A stretch of 51,827 nt of DNA from Desulfatiglandales bacterium (GCA_041685835.1 JAWLEX010000006.1:1-51827), one strand, 5' to 3'; numbered from the stretch's first letter, positions 18,095 to 28,235 are shown. Made by a program: numbers and translations. Notes: generated by a model not told the origin, from the letters alone.

Positions 18095-19825
18095 TCAGTC
18101 TTTGAGGTTTTGCGGCTGCCCGGCGGGGAGGCCGAGTTCCATGGCGCGAAGCACCCGCCTGAGGATCTTGCCGCTCCTGGTCTTGGGGATTTGTTCTATG
18201 AAAGAGATGTCCCGCACCACGATCTCCTGGGATAGGTTTGCACGGAGAAAGGCACGAATTTCCTGGCTCAGGCGGGTCGAGGGAGAGAAGCTTGGGTTCG
18301 GCACGATAAAGGCCTTTACCGACGATTTCCCCGAACCCGGGTCTCCTCCCTTGGATATGACGGCGGCCTCGGCCACGGCCGGGTGCATGTAAAGGACGTG
18401 TTCGATTTCGTAAGGCCCGATCATCTTGATCCCGCCAACCTTGATCAGGTCGTCCGTACGCCCCTGGTGATAGTAATAGCCCTCGTCGTCCATGAGCGCC
18501 ATGTCCCCGGTTAGAAACCAGCCCGGGATCCGGAAGTATTGCTCATATCGCTCCTCGTCACCCCAGAGCGCGCACATGAGTCCCGGCCATTCAAGCCGGA
18601 TGGCCAACTCGCCCATGGTCATGGAAGACACGGGCTCCCCCTCGTCATCCAGTACGGCCACCTCTATGCCGGGGACCGGTTTTCCCATGGAGCCGGGTTT
18701 TATGTCCATGGATGGATAATTGGCCAGACAGATTATGCCGGTCTCGGTCATCCACCAGGTATCGTAAAGGGACCGGCCCAGGTTCTTGCGCCCCCAGTAG
18801 AACAGGTCCGGTACCATGGGTTCGCCAACGGTGGCGATATGGCGGAGGTGGGAGAAGTCATACCTGCGGGGCAGGTCGTCCCCTTCCTCCATGAGGTACC
18901 GGATGGTGGTGGGAGTCGTGTACCAGACCTCGACCTTGTGCTGCTCCAGGGTCCGGTAGATATTGGAGGCGCTCAGCGGGTCACCCTGGACGAGCACAGT
19001 GGCCCCGCACAACCAGGGCGCGAAAGCGCCGTACACCGTTCCCGTTACCCAGGCCGGGTCGGACTCGGTCCAGAGAATAGTCCCGGGGTTCAGGTCGAGC
19101 ACGAATCGGGCCGTGGCTCCCATTCCCACCAAGTCCTGGTGGGCGTGGACGATTCCTTTGGGCGTTCCAGTGGCACCCGAGGTGTAGTTCAGATAGAGGG
19201 GCGCCCGCCTGGGAAGGAGGCGGTTTTGGAAGTCGGGCGACATTCGATCAGGCAGCTCCTCTACGGATACCTCGCCGGGAAAGGCCCCCGGCAGGGGGCC
19301 CCGAATCAGGAAGACCCGGCGCACAGTCTTCATGACGTCGGTCGGAAGTTGTTCGGCAAGATCCGGGTGTGTAAGGATGGCTGCGGGCCTGGCGTTTCCA
19401 ATTCGGATTTCCACCTCATTGTAGGTGCTCGTGGCGAACACGTTGCAGAAGATCACTCCCATTCGGGCGCAGGCGATCATGGCCAGGTAGGTTTCCGGGC
19501 GGCGTGGGAGGAATATGAAGAGTCTTTCTCCGGGCTGAAGGCCCTGGCTGTGAAAGAGGTTGGCCCAGCGACACGAGGCCTCCCGGAGATCGGCATAGGA
19601 ATAGGTGATCACCTTGCCGTCGTGTTCGAACAGGAGTGCGTTTCGGTCCCGGTGGTTCGGGTCGCCGGCCCAGCGGTCCACGGCCTCGGCAGCGATATTG
19701 ATTCGTCCGGAGTCGGCCATGCCGTAAGCCTTCCGCTCCTCTTTCCAGGAGAAGGCCTTCCGGGTCGTATCATAGGACCCGAGATTGGCGGCGGGGTTTT
19801 CCGCCTGGATTCTGGCCTTTATCAT
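18095..19825 (-). CDS. acsA: Acyl-CoA synthetase (AMP-forming), AcsA-type
   Basis: YTSGATGTPKG, DTWWMTETG, TGD, GRTDD and the C-terminal PKTRSGK acylation-site motif. Confidence 0.85.
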   Translation of the reverse strand: MIKARIQAENPAANLGSYDTTRKAFSWKEERKAYGMADSGRINIAAEAVDRWAGDPNHRDRNALLFEHDGKVITYSYADLREASCRWANLFHSQGLQPGERLFIFLPRRPETYLAMIACARMGVIFCNVFATSTYNEVEIRIGNARPAAILTHPDLAEQLPTDVMKTVRRVFLIRGPLPGAFPGEVSVEELPDRMSPDFQNRLLPRRAPLYLNYTSGATGTPKGIVHAHQDLVGMGATARFVLDLNPGTILWTESDPAWVTGTVYGAFAPWLCGATVLVQGDPLSASNIYRTLEQHKVEVWYTTPTTIRYLMEEGDDLPRRYDFSHLRHIATVGEPMVPDLFYWGRKNLGRSLYDTWWMTETGIICLANYPSMDIKPGSMGKPVPGIEVAVLDDEGEPVSSMTMGELAIRLEWPGLMCALWGDEERYEQYFRIPGWFLTGDMALMDDEGYYYHQGRTDDLIKVGGIKMIGPYEIEHVLYMHPAVAEAAVISKGGDPGSGKSSVKAFIVPNPSFSPSTRLSQEIRAFLRANLSQEIVVRDISFIEQIPKTRSGKILRRVLRAMELGLPAGQPQNLKD

Positions 19826-19911
19826 GGCGGCCTCTTTGATTTCTTTCGTGGTTCGTCGTTTGTGGCGCGTGGCCGGTGTCCGCCAAAATTTCCAGCAGTG
19901 GGAAGCTCCGT

Positions 19912-20955
19912 TCAATCCACCCAGACCCCGTAACGGCTGTGCACTTCGCGGGCCTGATCAAGGAGTTTAGAGGCCCGGTCCGTGGGCCTGCTCCCTGAGA
20001 GCTCTCCTGTCCCCTCGGTCAGGGCTTTAAGGACCTCCCGGACGCATCGGGCCAGCGACGGAGGATCATAGCCCCCCTCCAGGGCCAGGAGAATGGGCGG
20101 AGGCGGTCCCTGGACTTCAGCTCGAAGCGCGAGCAGGAGCCTGGTCACTTCGCCGTAGGCCGCCTCGGTCAACCGGCTTCGTCCTATCGGGTCGTCCCTG
20201 TGCCCGTCGAAGCCTGCGGCTACCAGGATGAGCCGCGGGGCGAATCGGCGCATCACGGGAGTGAGCAGGCTTTCGTAAAGGCTTATCATGTCCTGGTCTT
20301 CCAGATCGCGGGGGATGGGGATGTTCAAGTTGTATCCCGCGCCTTTTCCCTCACCGACGTTGGTGAAGTCACCGCTGTGCGGATAGAGCAGAGTGTCGTG
20401 GGTGGAGAGATAAAACACATCGGGGTTTTTGGAGAAAAAGTCGTTCAGTCCGTGGCCGTGATGCACGTCCCAGTCCACAATGAGGATTCGGTCGAATCCG
20501 TATCGTTCGGTTGCGAAACGGGCGGTAATGGCGAGGTTGTTGAAGATGCAGAAGCCCGATACCCGGTTGGGCTGCGCGTGGTGTCCCGGCGGCCGCACAA
20601 GGGCGAAGCAGGCGTCACAAGTCCCCGACAGCATGGCCTCGAGTCCCCGAATGCAGCCCCCTGCGGCCAGCCAGGCCGCCAGGTAGGTCTTGGCGCTCGC
20701 AGGGGTGTCAGGGGCGAGGTTGGTGAATTCCTGGTCCGCGGTCTTGAGCACCTTCTTGATGTGGGCCGGGGTGTGCACCAGTTCGAGTTGTTCCATGGTG
20801 GCCATTTCGGCCTCCATGTCGATGAGTCCCATGCCGGTCTCTGTGTCCAGCATCCGGTGAATTGCCGTGAGCCGGTTGGGATGCTCAGGATGGATGTGGC
20901 CGGTCTTGTGCTCGAGAAAACGTTCGTCCCGAATAACGCTCACCTTCAAAGGCAT
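19912..20955 (-). CDS. Zn-dependent histone deacetylase-family protein deacylase (AcuC/HDAC class II-like)
   Basis: HPEHPNRL, RPPGHHA, GFCIFNN, DWDVHHG, AGFDGH and LEGGY motifs. Confidence 0.9.
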   Translation of the reverse strand: MPLKVSVIRDERFLEHKTGHIHPEHPNRLTAIHRMLDTETGMGLIDMEAEMATMEQLELVHTPAHIKKVLKTADQEFTNLAPDTPASAKTYLAAWLAAGGCIRGLEAMLSGTCDACFALVRPPGHHAQPNRVSGFCIFNNLAITARFATERYGFDRILIVDWDVHHGHGLNDFFSKNPDVFYLSTHDTLLYPHSGDFTNVGEGKGAGYNLNIPIPRDLEDQDMISLYESLLTPVMRRFAPRLILVAAGFDGHRDDPIGRSRLTEAAYGEVTRLLLALRAEVQGPPPPILLALEGGYDPPSLARCVREVLKALTEGTGELSGSRPTDRASKLLDQAREVHSRYGVWVD

Positions 20956-21440
20956 GATCCCTCCGCAATGGCCAACCGCATGGTGCGCTCGCTTTCGAAT
21001 CGGTCTTGATCGGAGAACCGGAATCCGAATTTCCGGTAGAGAGCGATGGCTGGAAAATTGTACGTGCCCACGGTCAACCAGAGGCACCTGAGGCCCATAT
21101 TCTTTGCATACTGCACTGCGGCCTCAGTAAGACGCGTTCCCACCCCCCGGTTACGTTCTTTCTGGTCGACGAAGATGAGATACTCACCCTCCATCCGGCC
21201 CGTATCCGGAATGATCACCAGATGGCCGATCACCCGGTCCCCCCGGAGGGCGAGAAACCCGAAGCCCCGGCGCACGAGCTTCCCGATCCAATCCCGGCAG
21301 GCATTATGCTCCACCGGCGGGACCCCCTGAAACTTCCCCTTCGGGGAGAAGCCGTCGTACATTACACAGAGGCCCGGCAGGTCGTCGCTGCAACCCATTC
21401 GAACCTCGAAGGGCGTGCCCTTTTTGTCGATGAAGCGCAT
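20946..21440 (-). CDS. GNAT family N-acetyltransferase
   Basis: FVDQKERNRGVGTRL (motif A) and NFPAIALYRKFGF (motif B). Confidence 0.88.
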   Translation of the reverse strand: MRFIDKKGTPFEVRMGCSDDLPGLCVMYDGFSPKGKFQGVPPVEHNACRDWIGKLVRRGFGFLALRGDRVIGHLVIIPDTGRMEGEYLIFVDQKERNRGVGTRLTEAAVQYAKNMGLRCLWLTVGTYNFPAIALYRKFGFRFSDQDRFESERTMRLAIAEGSCL

Positions 21441-21516
21441 GGGCGCCTCATGGGACGGTGGAAGAACCAGACAGACGTACCTTGCCGTTGTAAGGGGCCT
21501 GTGCAAGGCGACTTGA

Positions 21517-23472
21517 TCAGGCCTTCACCCGCTCCTGAATAAGCTGATCCACCACGGAGGGATCTGCAATGGTCGAGGTGTCGCCGATCTCATCCGTCTT
21601 TCCGGCGGCGATCTTCTGCAGGATCCGTCGCATGATCTTACCGCTTCGGGTCTTGGGGAGTGCATCCGCCCACTGGAGGACGTCGATGGTGGCGATGGGA
21701 CCTATCTCGGAACGAACGAGCTTCAACAGCTCCTTCTTCAGTTCGTCGGATTTGGCCGTGCCGCTGTTCAGCGTGACAAACGCATAGATCCCTTGCCCTT
21801 TGACCGCGTGAGGGAACCCCACCACCGCGGCTTCGGCAACCTTTTCGTGCAGAACCAGCGCTGACTCGATTTCCGCCGTTCCCAGCCTGTGCCCGGAGAC
21901 ATTGATGACATCGTCGATGCGCCCGATGATCCAGTAATAGCCGTCCTCGTCCTGCTTGGCGCCGTCTCCGGTGAAGTACATGCCCGGGACCTGGCTGAAG
22001 TAAGTCTCCTTGAAACGCTCGTGGTCGCGGTATACGGTGCGGGCCATGCCCGGCCAGGGTTTCCGTATGCAGAGGACGCCCTCTTGCCCGGGGTACTTGA
22101 CCTCACTGCCCACGTCGTCCAATATCACCGGATCCACGCCGAAGAACGGAAAGGAGCACGAGCCCGGCTTGATGGCCGCGACTCCGGGGAGAGGCGTAAG
22201 CATGTGCCCCCCGGTTTCGGTTTGCCACCAGGTGTCCATAATGGGGCACCAGTCCCGGCCCACCCAGTGGTAATACCAGCGCCAGGCCTCGGGATTGATC
22301 GGTTCCCCCACGGAACCCAGGAGCTTGAGGGTGGAGATATCGTGCTTTTCCACGTGTTCGTGACCCTCCTTGGCCAGGGCGCGGATCACGGTGGGCGCAG
22401 TGTAGAATTTGGCCACCCGGTAACGCTCCACGATCGCCCAGTAGCGGTCGAAGTCGGGATAATTTGGCACGCCTTCGAAGAGAACGCTCGTGTAGCCGTT
22501 GATCAGAGGACCATATACCCCGTAGGTGTGACCCGTGACCCATCCGATGTCCGCCGTGCACCAGAAGACCTCGTCTTCCTTGAGATCAAAAGTCAGCCTG
22601 TTTGTCATGGCTGCATAAAGAAGGTACCCTCCGTGTGTGTGGACCACTCCCTTGGGCTTTCCGGTACTCCCGCTGGTATACAGTATGAAAAGGGGATCCT
22701 CGGCATCCATGGGTTCGGGGGGAACGTGATCGGGAAGGGATTCGTCCGCTGAGGCGTCGTGCCACCACACTTCCCTTGATGGGTCCAGGTCGGGTTTCAG
22801 ACCGGCACGGTCGAAGACTATCACGGTCTCCACCCCGGGGCAGCTTGTGAGCGCATCGTCCACATTCTGTTTCAGCGGCACGGGTTTTCCCGCTCGAAAC
22901 CCGCCGTCAACCGTGATGACCATCCGGGCGTCACAGTCCTTGATCCGGTTGGACAGGGCCTCCGCACTGAATCCGCCGAAGACCACGCTGTGGATGGCAC
23001 CGATCCTTGCGCAGGCCAGCATGGTGACCGCAAGCTCGACGATCATCGGCATGTAGATAACCACGCGGTCTCCCTTTACCACACCCCTGGCTTTGAGCAC
23101 TGCGGCCATCCGGTTGACCTGTTCATGAAGCTCTCCGTAGGTCAACGTCCGGCGCTCATCCGGATTATCGCCTTCCCAGTAATAGGCCACCTTATCCCTC
23201 AATTTTTGCAGGTGGCGGTCCAGGCAGTTGTAGGAGGCATTGAGGACGCCGCCTCCGAACCACTCGATGCGGGCTTCGTCGGGGTCGTAACTGAGAACGC
23301 GCTCCCAGGGTTTTTCCCAGGAGAGATACACCTCCGCCTGCTCGGCCCAGAAGGCCTCGGGCTCCTCTATGGAGCGCCTGTGCATGTCCTCATAAACCTT
23401 CCATCCCTGCACGTAGGCCTCTTTTCTGAATTCCTCCAGATGGGCATCATATGCCTTGACGTCCTCTTGCAT
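21517..23472 (-). CDS. acs: Acetate-CoA ligase (acetyl-CoA synthetase)
   Basis: YTSGSTGKPKG, WCTADIGWVTGH, DTWWQTETGG, SGHRLGTAEIES and LPKTRSGKIMRR motifs; purine-rich RBS. Confidence 0.95.
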   Translation of the reverse strand: MQEDVKAYDAHLEEFRKEAYVQGWKVYEDMHRRSIEEPEAFWAEQAEVYLSWEKPWERVLSYDPDEARIEWFGGGVLNASYNCLDRHLQKLRDKVAYYWEGDNPDERRTLTYGELHEQVNRMAAVLKARGVVKGDRVVIYMPMIVELAVTMLACARIGAIHSVVFGGFSAEALSNRIKDCDARMVITVDGGFRAGKPVPLKQNVDDALTSCPGVETVIVFDRAGLKPDLDPSREVWWHDASADESLPDHVPPEPMDAEDPLFILYTSGSTGKPKGVVHTHGGYLLYAAMTNRLTFDLKEDEVFWCTADIGWVTGHTYGVYGPLINGYTSVLFEGVPNYPDFDRYWAIVERYRVAKFYTAPTVIRALAKEGHEHVEKHDISTLKLLGSVGEPINPEAWRWYYHWVGRDWCPIMDTWWQTETGGHMLTPLPGVAAIKPGSCSFPFFGVDPVILDDVGSEVKYPGQEGVLCIRKPWPGMARTVYRDHERFKETYFSQVPGMYFTGDGAKQDEDGYYWIIGRIDDVINVSGHRLGTAEIESALVLHEKVAEAAVVGFPHAVKGQGIYAFVTLNSGTAKSDELKKELLKLVRSEIGPIATIDVLQWADALPKTRSGKIMRRILQKIAAGKTDEIGDTSTIADPSVVDQLIQERVKA

Positions 23473-23657
23473 GCCTGCCTCTCCTTCCTGTTTCCAGTTC
23501 CAAGAAACATCTATTGTCGGCCTGTGGATCAGTAAGTGTTTCTCATGATACGCATAATATACCAACGGATTCCACGGCGATTTTTATAATAACACGTTCG
23601 GCTGGTATGAAGAAGCCCTCCAATCTCCAGACACCGGCAGTGAAACCGCCACGCCGC

Positions 23658-25544
23658 TCAAGCGGTTTGAGGCCTGTCAAACCGGGCCCCGAGGACCACC
23701 ATATCCCCCTCGTAGGAAGTGGACACATGGTAAGGCAGCTTCTTGAAAAGTCGTATCATGGCCCGGTTCCCCGGGTCCGTGTAAGCCACGAACCCGCTTA
23801 TGCCGTGCTCCCGGGCTGTTTCCACCAGCTTTCGCTGGATGATGGCGGAGATCCCACGACCCTGCCATTCCCGATCCACGCTGTAAGCGGTTTCCGCGGT
23901 GTTGGTGGAGGGCTCGAGAAAGTAGCCCCCCACCGCTATGATCCGCTCGAATCCAGGGTCCCCGATCACGGCCACGATGGCCATATCGTGAATGTAGTCC
24001 ACCTGAAAAACACCGGCTACGTCCTTTCGGAAAAAGGCCGTTTTCTCGTGCATGAAGCGCCTGACCACGTCCTGCCGGTCCAGGTTGTAGAAATGCTCCT
24101 GGACGCTTCGCTCGTCAGTGGGCCGGGCCGGGCGAAAGAGGACCCTTTGCCCGTCTATCTCACGGATCTCTTCGATCTTGATGGGGTAGACGCTTCGAAC
24201 GCTCTCCGCCAGGGTCCTCTCCTGCCCCAGCAGGCCCTGTTTTTTGGCCTCGTGAAACAGCTCATCACGGAAGTCGGGGTGAGCGATGCTGATCAAGGCC
24301 ACAGCACGCTCCTGAAGGCTTTTTCCGAAAAGATTTACGACTCCGTACTCCGTAACCACGTACTGGACGTCACCGCGGGGCACGACCACGGGAATATCCT
24401 CGAGAGACGATACGATACGGCTGCCCCGGCCGTCCATGGTGGTGGAAAAGAGCATGAGAATATTCTTGCCCCCGGGAGACTGGCCGGCGCCGCGGACAAA
24501 GTCCATGATTCCGTTGACCCCGGAAAAGTGATTGTATGGCAGGGCGTCCACACAAACTTGACCGGTGAGGTCGATGGCCATGGCCATATTGATGGCCACC
24601 ATACGATCATGACGGGCGATGACGCTCGGATCGTTCACCACGTCCGATGGATGGAACTCGATGCCAGGGTTGTCGTGCAGGAACTCGTAAAGGTCCCCGG
24701 AACCGATGGCCCCGCTCGCCACGAGCTTGCCGTCGTTAAAACCCTTCCTGCGATTGGTTATCACGCCCTTGGCCGTCAGTTCCATTATACCGTCACTCAG
24801 GAACTGGGTATGCACTCCGAGATCGTTCTTGTCCGAAAGACCGGCGAGGAGCGCCTGGGGTGTGGCCCCCAGGCTGATCTGGAGTGTGGAACCGTCCTCG
24901 ATGAGCTTGGCTGCGTGCCGTGCGATCAGGCCGGCGGAGGGGACCTCGGGCGGGCTTTCCACCGTAAGGAGTTCTTCTTCATGCTCCACGATTGCGCCCA
25001 CGTCCCGGACGTGTATGAAGCTCCGTCCCATCACCCGGGGCATGCGTGGATTGACCTGGGCTATGACCAGGTCTGCGGACCGCACCGCCGCAAGGGTGAC
25101 ATCCACGCTCACGCCCAGGCTCATCCAGCCGAAGTCGTCCGGTTCGGAAACCTGGATCAGGGCGGCGTGAAGAGGGAGTTGGCGTGTCTCGAACAGGCGG
25201 GGTACGGCGGAGAGGTTGATGGGCGTGATAAAACGTTTGTATTGGGACAGGGCCCGTGGCTTGGCCGAACCCAGGTAGAAGGTGCGCAGGTTCAGGGTCT
25301 GGCAGGAGGATTCATCGGCCATCATGGTCAGCGGCACGGTCTCGAGGCTCAGGAGGCGTACGATTTCGAGATCCGATAACCCGGAAGACCGTGCGGCCAG
25401 TTCACGGACCAGGGCCTGGGGCTCGCCGCACGAAGACCCGGTGAAAACCCGTTGCCCGCGGCGGATCATGCCGATGGCCTCGGAAGCGGTCCGCCGCTTT
25501 TCCAGGTACTCGTCCGGCCAGTATCCTTGTTTTTGTTTTGTCAT
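23658..25544 (-). CDS. Fusion of a 4-hydroxybutyrate CoA-transferase/acetyl-CoA hydrolase-like domain (catalytic Glu replaced by Gln) with a C-terminal GNAT domain
   Basis: GSSCGEP, SLGVSVD, DLTGQV, YVVTEYG and IAHPDFR (Cat2/AbfT fold); C-terminal AETAYSVDREWQGRGI...NRAMIRLFKKL (Pat-like GNAT). Confidence 0.88.
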   Translation of the reverse strand: MTKQKQGYWPDEYLEKRRTASEAIGMIRRGQRVFTGSSCGEPQALVRELAARSSGLSDLEIVRLLSLETVPLTMMADESSCQTLNLRTFYLGSAKPRALSQYKRFITPINLSAVPRLFETRQLPLHAALIQVSEPDDFGWMSLGVSVDVTLAAVRSADLVIAQVNPRMPRVMGRSFIHVRDVGAIVEHEEELLTVESPPEVPSAGLIARHAAKLIEDGSTLQISLGATPQALLAGLSDKNDLGVHTQFLSDGIMELTAKGVITNRRKGFNDGKLVASGAIGSGDLYEFLHDNPGIEFHPSDVVNDPSVIARHDRMVAINMAMAIDLTGQVCVDALPYNHFSGVNGIMDFVRGAGQSPGGKNILMLFSTTMDGRGSRIVSSLEDIPVVVPRGDVQYVVTEYGVVNLFGKSLQERAVALISIAHPDFRDELFHEAKKQGLLGQERTLAESVRSVYPIKIEEIREIDGQRVLFRPARPTDERSVQEHFYNLDRQDVVRRFMHEKTAFFRKDVAGVFQVDYIHDMAIVAVIGDPGFERIIAVGGYFLEPSTNTAETAYSVDREWQGRGISAIIQRKLVETAREHGISGFVAYTDPGNRAMIRLFKKLPYHVSTSYEGDMVVLGARFDRPQTA

Positions 25545-25817
25545 GATCTCTTTGTGAACCGCCTTGTTTGCGGTTCGAGGTCAGTGCCTGAATCAAAGGG
25601 CAAGGCCCTTTTCCGTGAACCCGTAAGTCTCGGGAAGAGTGTAGGCGATGCGGTGGTGCGGGTCAAGTATGCCGGAGAACCGACCTTTGGGCCCGATTGA
25701 TCCTTGACAGGGTTGTAATGACGGCATAACAATACGTTACCAACGATTTGAGTGAGCCGGCGTCTGTTTTTTCGAAAAATCGACTGGCGGCCTCATACTT
25801 CAGCAAGGAGGAAAACC

Positions 25818-27113
25818 ATGTCCACGAGCGGGTACGACACCACGAAGGATTTTGAAAAGGCCCTCATGATCGGGCGGCCGCCGAACATCGTCCGGCTGTT
25901 TCCAAACTCCAAGGCGCTCATCGTCAGCGGAAAAGTAATCGACAGGGCCATGCTCGCCAAGGGAAAGGCCGTTGCCATCGCGGCAAACGGCCGGAATCAT
26001 TTCGTTATTCGAGGCACCCTCCTGGCTGCGCAGCGGGCCGACGCCGCCCTTATTATCGAGATAGCCAAGAGCGAAGGCGGTGTAAACGCCTACTGCGCGG
26101 TGAATTACTGGAACATCGCCAGACAGGTTGACGCCCTTTGCAACGAGTTGGGCATAACCGTCCCCGTGGCAGTGCATGCTGATCACTACGGCATCAAAGG
26201 CGCAAAAGACGTGGAAACGGCCAAGCTGGAGATTCCTTCCATGTTCGAGGCCGGGATCACTTCTATAGCCATAGATGCCTCCCACCTGCCCGAAGACGAG
26301 AACCTTTTTGCCAACATTATGCTTTGCCCTCTCATTCCTGAATGGGCGGGATACGAGACAGAAGTGGGTGAGATCAAAGGGAGTGAGGGGATGTCCACCG
26401 TGGAGGAGGCACTATTTCAGATCCAGGGGTTGAACGCCCACGATGTCTTTCCGGACTGGATAGCGCTTAATAACGGCACCACCCACGGTATTCAGGACAG
26501 CGAGACAGGCATTCAGGTGGAACTCACGGCCGCAATTCATGAGGCCCTGGCCCCCTACGAGATAAGCGGGGCCCAGCATGGAACATCGGGGAACGACTCT
26601 GAAAGGCTTCGCCGCATTGTCCGGGAGACCCGTACCACAAAGGCGAACGTTGCTACGGCACTGCAGATGATCTCGTGGGGTGTGGATGTGAACGAGTACG
26701 GAAACGCCAGGCTGGACGACAGCGGCCGGTTCGTGAAGCGACCCGGCGAGGGCGTGACGGACGAGCTTTGGGAAGACATGGTGTCATATGCAACGGAAAG
26801 AGGCTGGAAGAGCGGAGACTACAAGAAGCTTAACCTGCCCTTTGAAAACCGCCTCCTGAGCCAGTCGAAGGAGATTCGGGAGCGAATGGTCGAAGGCGTT
26901 GCCGGCTTCGTGCAAGGCCTGATCGTGGACGTCTTTAACTCCGAGGGCACGGCCCCGCTTGCGATCGAGGCGATACTCGAGGCCGGGTCCCACGCTCCGG
27001 GTCCCAAAGGCCGGCGCATGGAGGACCCGAAGGAGTGGACTGAAGACAAGATCCGGGAACATGCCGCGCTCATGGAGCGGGACCGTGGACCCGCGGGAGA
27101 TTTCGACGACTGA
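25818..27113 (+). CDS. fba: Class II fructose-bisphosphate aldolase (deltaproteobacterial type)
   Basis: AAGGAGG RBS; VAVHADH, AIDASH, ETEVGEI, NGTTHG, AQHGTSG and KANVAT motifs. Confidence 0.85.
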   Translation: MSTSGYDTTKDFEKALMIGRPPNIVRLFPNSKALIVSGKVIDRAMLAKGKAVAIAANGRNHFVIRGTLLAAQRADAALIIEIAKSEGGVNAYCAVNYWNIARQVDALCNELGITVPVAVHADHYGIKGAKDVETAKLEIPSMFEAGITSIAIDASHLPEDENLFANIMLCPLIPEWAGYETEVGEIKGSEGMSTVEEALFQIQGLNAHDVFPDWIALNNGTTHGIQDSETGIQVELTAAIHEALAPYEISGAQHGTSGNDSERLRRIVRETRTTKANVATALQMISWGVDVNEYGNARLDDSGRFVKRPGEGVTDELWEDMVSYATERGWKSGDYKKLNLPFENRLLSQSKEIRERMVEGVAGFVQGLIVDVFNSEGTAPLAIEAILEAGSHAPGPKGRRMEDPKEWTEDKIREHAALMERDRGPAGDFDD

Positions 27114-27119
27114 TAAGCC

Positions 27120-28160
27120 ATGGAGCCTGACGAACAACAAGAACAGGACCTCCACGTCTGGGTGGAGGACCTGAAGGAAAGCGACCCGGTCAACGGGTGT
27201 TACCTGGCGAAGCTCAAGCGTTTGGGAACCACCCGTAAGGGGGACCCTTTTCTGACCATCGTCCTGGCCGACCGGACCGGGGAAGTGGAGGCCAGGGTCT
27301 GGGAAGACGCCGAGGCTGTAAACGCCGGGTTCGCCGAGGGAGACGTGGTTGAAGTGGAAGGCCGGGCCGGGTCTTACCGGAATGTTCTTCAGCTCATACT
27401 CTCCACGGTAAGAAAGGCCGCGGTGGTCCGGGACCCCTCCATTTTCCTGGAGACCGCCCCAATGGGCGGGCGCGAGATGATGTCGGCCCTGAGGAAACTG
27501 CTCGGCCGGATCGAGGACCGGCACCTGAAGGAACTCACCGGGCGGTTCCTCTCGGACCGGGAATTCACGGCCCTTTTTCGAAAGGCCCCGGCGGCCAAGA
27601 ACTTCCATCACGGATACCTTGGAGGCCTTCTGGAGCACACCTTGTCGGTCTGCAGTCTGGCCCTGGCCGTGAGTGAGCGTTACACCCACCTTGATCGCGA
27701 CCTTCTTCTTTGCGGTGCGTTCCTGCACGATATAGGAAAGATCCGCGAGTTCACGTACGCCACGCACATCGATTACACCGACGAGGGTCGGCTCCTGGGG
27801 CACTTGGTGCTGGGCACAGCCATGCTGGACGAGAAACTGGCCGGTATGCGCCGCTTCCCGGGGGATCTGGCCATGCGGCTTAGGCACCTTATACTCAGCC
27901 ATCACGGCGAACTCGCCTTTGGTTCGCCCAAACGGCCCAAGTTTCTGGAGGCGTTCGCGCTCCACCTGATCGACGATCTGGACGCCAAAATGAACGGCCT
28001 CAAACGGTTCATGGATCGGGACCGGCAGGACGGGGCATGGACGGAGTTCAACCGCCTTTTTGAACGGTACTTCCTCAAAGGGGCCCTTGATGAGGGCCGT
28101 GACACATACGAGAGTCCAGTTGGAGGAGATGAGGGGCGACAGAGTTCACTGTTTGAATAG
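27120..28160 (+). CDS. YhaM/Cbf1-family 3'-5' exoribonuclease (OB fold + HD domain)
   Basis: LADRTGEVEARVW, PAAKNFHHGYLGGLLEHT, LHDIGK, ILSHHG and DDLDAK motifs. Confidence 0.88.
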   Translation: MEPDEQQEQDLHVWVEDLKESDPVNGCYLAKLKRLGTTRKGDPFLTIVLADRTGEVEARVWEDAEAVNAGFAEGDVVEVEGRAGSYRNVLQLILSTVRKAAVVRDPSIFLETAPMGGREMMSALRKLLGRIEDRHLKELTGRFLSDREFTALFRKAPAAKNFHHGYLGGLLEHTLSVCSLALAVSERYTHLDRDLLLCGAFLHDIGKIREFTYATHIDYTDEGRLLGHLVLGTAMLDEKLAGMRRFPGDLAMRLRHLILSHHGELAFGSPKRPKFLEAFALHLIDDLDAKMNGLKRFMDRDRQDGAWTEFNRLFERYFLKGALDEGRDTYESPVGGDEGRQSSLFE

Positions 28161-28174
28161 CAATTGCCGGCCCA

Positions 28175-28190
28175 TGGGACGGGATTTGCA
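28175..28190 (+). promoter_or_regulatory. Candidate sigma54 promoter upstream of moaA-thiF
   Basis: TGGGACG-GGAT-TTGCA is one mismatch from TGGCACG-N4-TTGCW. An overlapping sigma70 reading (TTGCCG-N17-TGCAAT) is also possible. Confidence 0.45.
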
Positions 28191-28235
28191 ATAATGCCGC
28201 CTGAGCGCGGCTTTTTTGCTGAGGAACAGACCGGA

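Noticed and set aside
23514-25379. 621-aa plus-strand ORF (also 18539-19933, 250-1059, 6791-7891, 26784-27965 and similar)
   Set aside because: Antisense shadows of well-supported genes in GC-rich DNA, with no motifs or RBS.
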